Part shown: positions 57,138 to 64,000 of the stretch, piece after piece
Layout of the letters: every line of letters begins with the position of its first letter
Position numbering within the stretch: the first letter of the stretch is position 1
Assembly: GCA_030429765.1 (NCBI GenBank)
Contig: JAUIER010000001.1
Location: forward strand, 65,014 to 129,013
Direction: 5' to 3'
DNA length: 64,000 bases
Source: a bacterium
GTDB lineage: Bacteria; Omnitrophota; Gorgyraeia; Zapsychrales; Zapsychraceae
Translations under genes and position numbers: made by a program
Notes under the pieces: generated by a model
Told to the model about the DNA's origin: nothing
Seen by the model: only the letters and a program-made list of their open reading frames with translations
Database searches by the model: none

Positions 57138-57536
57138 ATGAAGATTTTGGAAAGGATATTTTGGGTAGGGTTGACTTTATTAACACTGATATTGATTTGG
57201 ATAGGTTTCAGTCGCTTATTGGATTCACCCAATAATTGGGTTGGGGTTCTGGTTGCGACCTTGTTTTTCCTGATTATGGGTACGGTGTCATTCGGTAAGT
57301 GTATATTGAGTTTTAGCGAGATAGCAAATTGGAAGGATTATGACACAATAGAGAATTTGAACTATTTTTTATATATGCTTGCATCAGTTGCTTTTGTAGG
57401 GGCTGGATTATACCTAATTGCTTCCGAGGGGATGTCCATGGGGGCTTTAGGCGGAATAGTATTCTTTGGATTTGGTGGCATTATTTTTGGGTATATGTTG
57501 AATTCAAATTTAAAACGGATACGGAAGAATAGGTAG
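57138..57536 (+). CDS. hypothetical membrane protein
   Basis: Four TM segments. GGAGG-like ribosome-binding site. Confidence 0.4.
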   Translation: MKILERIFWVGLTLLTLILIWIGFSRLLDSPNNWVGVLVATLFFLIMGTVSFGKCILSFSEIANWKDYDTIENLNYFLYMLASVAFVGAGLYLIASEGMSMGALGGIVFFGFGGIIFGYMLNSNLKRIRKNR

Positions 57537-57669
57537 TATATGGCAATCCTAAGAATTAAATGGAGCAGTTAATATATTGACTTTACGATGGATGCAAAGT
57601 CTCGGTAGGAGCGTTAACATCCATGATCAACAAAAAACGAAATCTAACAAGCCCGGAAACTCATAATCT

Positions 57670-58527
57670 ATGCTCGCCGTAAGAATACCAAATCTGCTGC
57701 TTCCTCTCACCCTAACCATCGCTCTATCAATTCTCCTGGGCGGTTGCGCGGCTTCGGGGAAGGGCTATGATTACACTCAGCCAGACCGGCCGCGGTTTGT
57801 CTCTGCGGATGCGGTTGCGACCAGGCACACCGACCCGGAGTCAATAAAGATAGTCTCCTACAATATCAAATTTGCCGAACGCGTCGACGAGGCCATCCAA
57901 CTCTTGCAGTCGCACGCGGAGCTTCGAGATGCCGATTTTATCTTTCTTCAGGAGATGGACATGACTGGTGTCGAACGGATTGCTGCGACGCTGAATTATA
58001 ATTACGTCTACTATCCGACCTCCAAGCACCCTTACCATCAAAAAAATTTCGGCAACGCGATTCTGTCCAAATGGCCGCTCATTGAAGATGAAAAGATTAT
58101 CTTTGGGCCTTCACGTTATGTGAGTCGGCAACGGGTCACGGTGAGGGCGCGCGCTCAGCTCCATAATCAAACCGTTGACCTCTTTAATGTCCATATGCAT
58201 GTGAAGATCAAGCCGCATGAACGGGCCAGGCGTCTTCAAACATTGATCGAGAAATCTGACGAGAGAAGCGATTACGTGATCATCGCGGGTGATTTTAATA
58301 CCTATTGGCCGCGGGAAAGTCGATATGTACGGGAAGCGCTCATCAATCATCGTTTTGATTTCGCAACCAGCGAAGTGGACTGGACGTTTCGGCACTGGAT
58401 ATTCCTGAACAAGGCGTATGTTCTGGACTATATTTTTGCCCGAGGTTTTGAGGTGTTGGAGGCGGGAGCCGTGGAAGACCGGTCGGCCAGCGATCATCTG
58501 CCGATTTGGGCTGAGCTGAAACTATAG
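57670..58527 (+). CDS. endonuclease/exonuclease/phosphatase (EEP) family lipoprotein
   Basis: Lipobox LLGGCAAS. EEP motifs (VSYNIKF, LQEMD, GDFN, SDHLPIWAEL). Confidence 0.7.
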   Translation: MLAVRIPNLLLPLTLTIALSILLGGCAASGKGYDYTQPDRPRFVSADAVATRHTDPESIKIVSYNIKFAERVDEAIQLLQSHAELRDADFIFLQEMDMTGVERIAATLNYNYVYYPTSKHPYHQKNFGNAILSKWPLIEDEKIIFGPSRYVSRQRVTVRARAQLHNQTVDLFNVHMHVKIKPHERARRLQTLIEKSDERSDYVIIAGDFNTYWPRESRYVREALINHRFDFATSEVDWTFRHWIFLNKAYVLDYIFARGFEVLEAGAVEDRSASDHLPIWAELKL

Positions 58528-58659
58528 ATGAAAGCGTAGAGCGCTTCAGGTCTTCAAATAAAGTGATTCCACGAAATTTTCTTTCCTGATAAAATAGGCG
58601 TCCGATCAAGAAAAGTACCGTGATGTCTAATAATAACCGTATATGAGGAAGGTATTATC

Positions 58660-59085
58660 ATGCTTTCAAGAAAATCCAAACCTTCATCCGATGTGCAACA
58701 CATCAGTCTTTCAATTAAACGCAGCTACAATGAGGTTTACAAATTTACGTCCAATCCGGCTAATCTGCCCCGCTGGGTCGAAGGATTGACGGGTAATATC
58801 AGTCAGGTCGATGGTGAATGGGTGGCCGAATCAACCAACGGAAAGATCAAAGTTCGTTTCACCGATCCTAATCCATACGGCGTGCTCGATCATGAGATGG
58901 AATTGGAGAATGGCTACAACTTTACAAATGTCCTGCGTGTCGTTCCGAATGAGCAAGGCTGTGAAATTATTTTCACGTTGTTTCGCCAGTCGGATAAGAG
59001 CAAATCTGAATTTGAGGAAGACGGAAAAATGGTCGAGGCCGATCTGGCCAAGTTGAAGAATATTCTCGAGGCGGAGAGATCATGA
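58660..59085 (+). CDS. SRPBCC (START/Bet v1-like) domain protein
   Basis: Approximately 140-aa helix-grip pattern (NPANLPRWVEGL...). Moderate confidence. Confidence 0.5.
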   Translation: MLSRKSKPSSDVQHISLSIKRSYNEVYKFTSNPANLPRWVEGLTGNISQVDGEWVAESTNGKIKVRFTDPNPYGVLDHEMELENGYNFTNVLRVVPNEQGCEIIFTLFRQSDKSKSEFEEDGKMVEADLAKLKNILEAERS

Positions 59086-59142
59086 CCGTGTTTCAAAAAT
59101 CTTAGACTCTTTAATAAATTGGAATGTTGTAAAAAATATGCA

Positions 59143-59175
59143 AGGCACTTCGCTGAGGCGAGGTGCCTTTTTTTT
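59143..59175 (+). terminator. conserved terminator hairpin family, copy c
   Basis: GGCACTTCGCTGAGGCGAGGTGCC plus T8. The inner stem differs from copies a and b by compensatory changes. Confidence 0.7.
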
Positions 59176-59276
59176 GTTAATGAACGGCTGTAAATGAGCT
59201 GTCCTAGTGTGTCCAATACTGTCCCGTTGTCCCGTGAAACAGGCCATGCTATAGTGTAACCATTAATTGGCAACCA

Positions 59277-59894
59277 ATGGGGCGACGTGTTATGCAAAAA
59301 ATGACAACAATTTTAGTGTGCTTCATGGTCACTATGCTGGGTGCGAGCCGGGCCGATGCTTTAGTGCTTTTTGACGGATTATTTGCTGAAGGAGTTATCG
59401 GCGGTGTGGGTACAAATCCGAACGTAATTTTTACGGCATCTTACCTGGGAATTGCGGATACGACGATTTTTGGCGGTGAAACTTTCGATATCACGGACCC
59501 TACCAATGTGGGGCGAATGTTCACAGTATCAGCAGGAGATGCAGGGTTTACTGAATTCAGTTCAAATATCACAAATGGAGTAATTCAGGGAGTATTGGTT
59601 GATTTCGCCTTTGGTGGTGGATCAGCACAATCAGTTTTTTTGGAGTCAAGTTACTTTGGAAGTAGCTCGTTTAGTTTGAACAGCTATGACTATGCAGGTT
59701 ACGCAATAGACTCTTATAAAGTCACGATTGATTCTATTACCCAGTCGCCAACCAATGCTGATTTTTATGAATTTTCAAGTTCACTCATTGTCAATGGTGA
59801 GCGAATAACAAATGTTGTCCCCGAACCCTCCACCATGCTGTTGTTCGGTGTGGGTATGCTTGGGGTATCATGGCGAAGAATGAATCGCCACTAA
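59277..59894 (+). CDS. PEP-CTERM sorting-domain protein (paralogue)
   Basis: C-terminus VVPEPSTMLLFGVGMLGVSWRRMNRH. Shares internal motifs (SPFSLNSYDY, YKVTIDSI) with the 60005 and 52890 proteins. Confidence 0.8.
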   Translation: MGRRVMQKMTTILVCFMVTMLGASRADALVLFDGLFAEGVIGGVGTNPNVIFTASYLGIADTTIFGGETFDITDPTNVGRMFTVSAGDAGFTEFSSNITNGVIQGVLVDFAFGGGSAQSVFLESSYFGSSSFSLNSYDYAGYAIDSYKVTIDSITQSPTNADFYEFSSSLIVNGERITNVVPEPSTMLLFGVGMLGVSWRRMNRH

Positions 59895-60004
59895 AGTATG
59901 TATGTGTTCATAATATAGTAACAAACAGATACTTAATATAGATGTCCATTGGAATAATTTACTTAAACATTGGGTAACGATATTGAAAAACTAGGTACTT
60001 ACTT

Positions 60005-60619
60005 TTGAACTATTTAGGGGGATTAATGAAAAAATTAATAATATCAATTTTTGTAAGCATATTTCTGACAGGCGTAGCTGTAAACGTGGAAGCTTTGGTT
60101 TTGTATGAAAACATTTTTATCAGTTCGGGAATAGGACGAAATTCCTTTGATCCAGAAGCTAGGATCAGTGCGAATTATCAAGGAATTTCTTCATCCGTTG
60201 TTTTTGACAATGCAACGCTTGATGCTAGCGATTTAAGTAATATAGGTCGAACTTTCGTTTCTCAAAATGGAAATCAAGGATTTACTGAGTTTACTGACAG
60301 GTTAACAAATGGAATAGACGATGTGTGGCGAATGGATATGTTTTATGAAGGTGGTAGTACTTCATATATAGCAGGCGAGAGCGGAACGTTTGCAAATAGT
60401 CCGTTTAGTTTAAACAGTATTGATTTCGAGGGATATGATATAAATCAGTTAAAATGGACAATTGACAATATCATGATTGGAACCGAATCAATTGAAGTTG
60501 CTTCGAGATTCATAGTTGTGGGTGATAGAAGTGTAAGTGTTGTTCCCGAACCAACGACTATGCTGCTGTTCGGTACGGGAATGGCTGGCGCGGCGTTAAG
60601 GAGACGAAGAAAAACGTAA
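60005..60619 (+). CDS. PEP-CTERM sorting-domain protein (paralogue)
   Basis: C-terminus VVPEPTTMLLFGTGMAGAALRRRRKT. Confidence 0.8.
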   Translation: MNYLGGLMKKLIISIFVSIFLTGVAVNVEALVLYENIFISSGIGRNSFDPEARISANYQGISSSVVFDNATLDASDLSNIGRTFVSQNGNQGFTEFTDRLTNGIDDVWRMDMFYEGGSTSYIAGESGTFANSPFSLNSIDFEGYDINQLKWTIDNIMIGTESIEVASRFIVVGDRSVSVVPEPTTMLLFGTGMAGAALRRRRKT

Positions 60620-60640
60620 GCCCCATTTATAACAATTTAA

Positions 60641-60672
60641 AAGGCACTTCGCTCAGGCGAGGTGCCTTTTTT
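60641..60672 (+). terminator. conserved terminator hairpin family, copy d
   Basis: GGCACTTCGCTCAGGCGAGGTGCC plus T7, followed by GTGCCCC. Confidence 0.7.
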
Positions 60673-60809
60673 TGTGCCCCTACCGGACATTATTATCCCA
60701 TTACAAAATCAGTTGATTCTTATAATTGTCGACGGGGATGGCGGATGCTATTCTAAGAATGACCGCGGATTTCTTGCCACGTCGTCTAATCAATTATGGG
60801 AGGGTTTGA

Positions 60810-61385
60810 ATGGGATCAGTTGCTTTGCTGAAAGGTGTGTTGATTGTGCTGTTTGTCGGGTTGCCGTTGTTTGGAATCCTGCAATGCGCCCTGGACTATG
60901 ATATGCCGGGGAGTTCAAAAGTGATTTGGATTGTGTTGATGATGTTTACCGGCGCGCTGGGCGCGCTGTTATTCGCGATTATGGGAACCCGAAGCGCGTC
61001 ATTCCGTACCTTTGCCTTCAGCGGAATTGTCGGATTGATGATTGCCATTCCGGCGGTGATGCGCCAAGGGTTCGCATTTGTTGAAAACACGGCGGCCAGT
61101 CATGTTGATGATATTTATACGCGATGGGGGAATACGTACATGCCGGATATCAGCGTGGAGCAGCATAACCGGGTTTTCGGAGCGATTGCTGTCCTCGAGA
61201 CTGAAACCCAACAGACCGGCAAGGCCGTGATCGCCAACCACTTGCTGGAATCCCTGTCCATCCTGATCGATGACGGAGATTTGACATTGTCGGAATACAA
61301 AGAATGGGATCAGCACTTTTCGCGACGGCACCAACTAGCCCCGGCCCAAGCCAGAGAATTTCTGGCCACGCTCCGATCCGACTAA
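60810..61385 (+). CDS. membrane protein with PLD-nuclease N-terminal-like (PLDc_N) segment
   Basis: Two N-terminal TM helices containing a W-x-P-x-G-like pattern (VIWIVLMMFTGALGALLFAIMG), followed by a soluble domain. Confidence 0.4.
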   Translation: MGSVALLKGVLIVLFVGLPLFGILQCALDYDMPGSSKVIWIVLMMFTGALGALLFAIMGTRSASFRTFAFSGIVGLMIAIPAVMRQGFAFVENTAASHVDDIYTRWGNTYMPDISVEQHNRVFGAIAVLETETQQTGKAVIANHLLESLSILIDDGDLTLSEYKEWDQHFSRRHQLAPAQAREFLATLRSD

Positions 61386-61546
61386 TCCGGCCACCGCGGT
61401 TAGATTTGGCCATAGTACTATTATTATGATATACTGCTTTTACTGATCGGGCGTGGTCCGGTCAATTCCCCAATCTGATTTCAGTCCGTTCCGGGCTGTG
61501 GCTTTGGTTTTCGTTTAGGTGTCGATGGCACCCGAAAGCTTTAGGC

Positions 61547-63970
61547 ATGAAAATTACCATTCAACTTAATCAAATATTCAGAATTTTGGCAGTAGTCCTG
61601 TGTCTGCTGCTCGGGCAGGGTACGTGTGTGTTCGCTCAAGCTCAAACCGATCCTGATGTCATGATCCGGCCCAGCGATCCGCATGTTCCGATGGTCTTGA
61701 AAGGCCTGACGATCGATCCGGCCCAGCCGCTTGGACTGCGATTTGTGATCGATACCGGCGATCGGGCCATGGATACGCCGCAGGTTCACGCGGAGGCCCG
61801 GCGATTGATCCATTATTTTATGGCGTCGCTGGCCATTCCCACGCAAGATTTGTGGGTTAATCTTTCACCCAATGAACCCGACCGCATTATTCCGACGGCG
61901 TTGGGTCAGACCGAATTGGGTCGGGATCTACTCGAACAGGATTATATCCTCAAGCAATTGTCGTCGGCCTTATTGTATCCCGAAAATCCGTTGGGCGCGG
62001 CGTTCTGGGATGAATTGCATCAGACAATCGTCGAGCGTCATGGCGGTGTGGACATTCCCGTTGATACATTCAACAAGGTATGGATCCTGCCGGCGAGTGC
62101 GGCCGTGCTTGAACAATCTGATGGTGTGGTTATTTTGGAAGCAAGGCTCAAGGTGATGCTCGACGCTGACTATCAATCGATGAATGGGCCAGGCCATCAG
62201 GGTCAGGCCGTCACGGCAGATCAAACCCGGCTTGATATCTATCGGGAACTAATCGTACCGGCGATTGAGCATGAGGTGAATCACGGTAAAAATTTTGCGC
62301 CACTCCGCCAGATTTATCATTCGCTGATCCTGGCCAAGTGGTATAAAGAAACCCTGGCCGTGAGTGTCCTCGGACAGTTGTACGCCGATCAGCAGGATGT
62401 CCGGGGAATCGATACGGTCAGCGGCGAGATCAAGACGGATATCTACGAACGATATTTGACCGCGTACCGTCGGGGCGCGTTTGATTATATTCGGGAAGAC
62501 TATGACCGGCTGAGCGGGTCAACGATACCGCGACGCTATTTTTCCGGCGGGTTCACCGACGTGGACTTGAATCTGGAGCGTCGTGACCGGGCGATGATTT
62601 CCGATGCCATCACCGGAGACACATTTGAGCTCGACATCGAGGTGGTGCCGCGTGATGCCGAGGGTCGGGCGATATCCGTCAACGCCTTATTGGGAGATGT
62701 TATGAACGATTTTACCATGTTGTCTGAAGATCTGAACGCGATACTCGAGGATTCATCTCTGGGGGATGACCGGTTTTATTATTTCGCGCGGCTCAAGCTC
62801 GAGCGGGCCATTGAAGACGCTGAGGATATTTATTTTGATGACAAAAACCGGGACAACTGGAAGCGACTGGAAGGTCTGTTTGACCAACGGCAACGATTGC
62901 TGGATGCCTATGAGCAAGGCGTGATTGAACGGGTCAAGGCCGAGGAGGTGTTCCGGGTGGTGCAGTGGAATCTCCTGAAGAATCCCACGGCTGAACGGAT
63001 GGAAGTCATGCGGGAGCAGTTTGTATCGACATTGGGTCCGAACCGGCCGCAGGTCATCACCATGCAGGAGACCACGGACTTGATGGATTCCTACAATCTC
63101 GTCCGGGAGATGGCCCGCAGTATCGGATATCAATGGCATGAATTTCTCTACAAAGGCGAACCGCTGAACCGGGAAGGGTTGGCGATCGCGTACCATTCGT
63201 CGCTGGAAGTTGTTGAGACGGTGGAACGGAATATTATTGACGGCAAGGTACTGTTGGGAATCAAGTTTCGCTCGACGTTGACGCAGCGCGAGTATTATGT
63301 CTTCACGACACATTTATCTTTTATGCCGAATGAAGATGATATTCGTATCAATCAGATCCGGAATATTCATAAGATCATCGAAGAGGTCGTGCCTGAGGGA
63401 ACGCCGGTGATCCTGTCGGGGGATCTGAACTTCTTTCATCCGCATGAGTTTGATCAGGCCGGAGCGATCTTAAACGGATTTGTGGATTCGTTTAACGCGG
63501 TTAATCCCGGCGTCAAAGGGCACACCTTTTCACGCCGGAATCCGCTGGTTGAGTACGCGGCCAAGCGGCTGGACGTGATTTATGCCCGGGGATTTAATCC
63601 GGTCGAGTCGAATATTCTGCTGGATCAAGCGCCATTCGCCTCGGATCATTTTGCCTTGCGTTCGGACCTGGAATTGCGGGCGGATCGGGCAGAACAGGGA
63701 TTGAGCGTTCGCATCGGCCGCGAGGTATTGGACGGATTGCAATCCGTCGGTATTGATTTGGGGGAGACCTTTTGGTCAACATACGATCAGGCCATGACCT
63801 CAGATACCGACGACACCGTCGGGGGGATTGATATGCAGGATATCAGCCTGCAGCGTCAAAATACGGATGCGAAAATCCAATTATCCCATCCAGAGATCTC
63901 ACCTTATCTGCTGCAAGAGATCACTCACTTCACACCCGAGCTTATTCAACTAAGAAAAATCGAACCATAG
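61547..63970 (+). CDS. large secreted protein with C-terminal endonuclease/exonuclease/phosphatase (EEP) domain
   Basis: Signal peptide. Approximately 470-aa N-terminal region with no recognised domain. C-terminal EEP motifs (VVQWNL, TMQET, SGDLNF, ASDHFALRSDLEL). Confidence 0.65.
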   Translation: MKITIQLNQIFRILAVVLCLLLGQGTCVFAQAQTDPDVMIRPSDPHVPMVLKGLTIDPAQPLGLRFVIDTGDRAMDTPQVHAEARRLIHYFMASLAIPTQDLWVNLSPNEPDRIIPTALGQTELGRDLLEQDYILKQLSSALLYPENPLGAAFWDELHQTIVERHGGVDIPVDTFNKVWILPASAAVLEQSDGVVILEARLKVMLDADYQSMNGPGHQGQAVTADQTRLDIYRELIVPAIEHEVNHGKNFAPLRQIYHSLILAKWYKETLAVSVLGQLYADQQDVRGIDTVSGEIKTDIYERYLTAYRRGAFDYIREDYDRLSGSTIPRRYFSGGFTDVDLNLERRDRAMISDAITGDTFELDIEVVPRDAEGRAISVNALLGDVMNDFTMLSEDLNAILEDSSLGDDRFYYFARLKLERAIEDAEDIYFDDKNRDNWKRLEGLFDQRQRLLDAYEQGVIERVKAEEVFRVVQWNLLKNPTAERMEVMREQFVSTLGPNRPQVITMQETTDLMDSYNLVREMARSIGYQWHEFLYKGEPLNREGLAIAYHSSLEVVETVERNIIDGKVLLGIKFRSTLTQREYYVFTTHLSFMPNEDDIRINQIRNIHKIIEEVVPEGTPVILSGDLNFFHPHEFDQAGAILNGFVDSFNAVNPGVKGHTFSRRNPLVEYAAKRLDVIYARGFNPVESNILLDQAPFASDHFALRSDLELRADRAEQGLSVRIGREVLDGLQSVGIDLGETFWSTYDQAMTSDTDDTVGGIDMQDISLQRQNTDAKIQLSHPEISPYLLQEITHFTPELIQLRKIEP

Positions 63971-64000
63971 GCGAGTACCATAAATAGACAAAACTTTGTA

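Noticed and set aside
1-64000. Standard tRNA genes
   Set aside because: T-arm-like GGTTCGA(T/A)TCC motifs were found only at the tmRNA T-arm. No cloverleaf-compatible tRNA was seen by eye, so a tRNAscan run would be needed to be sure.

Overview
The window is bacterial chromosome, coding almost entirely on the + strand, with two distinct halves.

Core region (1 to ~48 kb). This is a diderm organism: LpxI, LolCDE and two LptF/LptG permeases are present. Its housekeeping gene order nonetheless copies two Bacillus-type origin-proximal clusters: mcsA-mcsB-clpC-(insert)-radA-yacL-ispD-ispF-cysE and tmk-holB-ricT-metG. The rest of the core holds lysS, ilvE, mtnA, thiL, tsaE/tsaB, alr, comFC, pyrE, a Maf domain fused in frame to an M48 lipoprotein peptidase, a histidine kinase, a PHB-depolymerase-like esterase, a secreted ankyrin-repeat protein, a DMT transporter behind an orphan promoter/small-ORF/terminator leader, a minus-strand aceE-aceF-lpdA operon, smpB, TetR and a GST.

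The ssrA (tmRNA) locus at 48.1-49.7 kb is the most unusual part of the window. The tmRNA gene (49024-49682) has canonical acceptor ends with a G3:U pair and a tandem-stop tag frame. Its T-loop is split by a ~252-nt insertion with the hallmarks of a group I intron: 5' exon ending in U, a P1 with a U:G wobble, P10, a P7/P8/P9 core and a terminal G. Directly upstream, the tmRNA promoter and first ~12 nt are copied three times as 166-bp tandem units. These units surround a free-standing 85-aa GIY-YIG nuclease gene that is itself flanked by 45-bp direct repeats.

Downstream of ssrA (49.7-64 kb) lies an accessory, apparently AT-richer island with no integrase. Its genes are punctuated by a ~55-bp GTGCC-N5-GGTGCC repeat (4 copies) and a conserved terminator hairpin family (4-5 copies). 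It carries three paralogous PEP-CTERM proteins, MORN/YwqK-like repeat proteins, small membrane proteins, a beta-propeller protein and two EEP-family (endonuclease/exonuclease/phosphatase) proteins. No exosortase, CRISPR array or standard tRNA gene was seen in the window.
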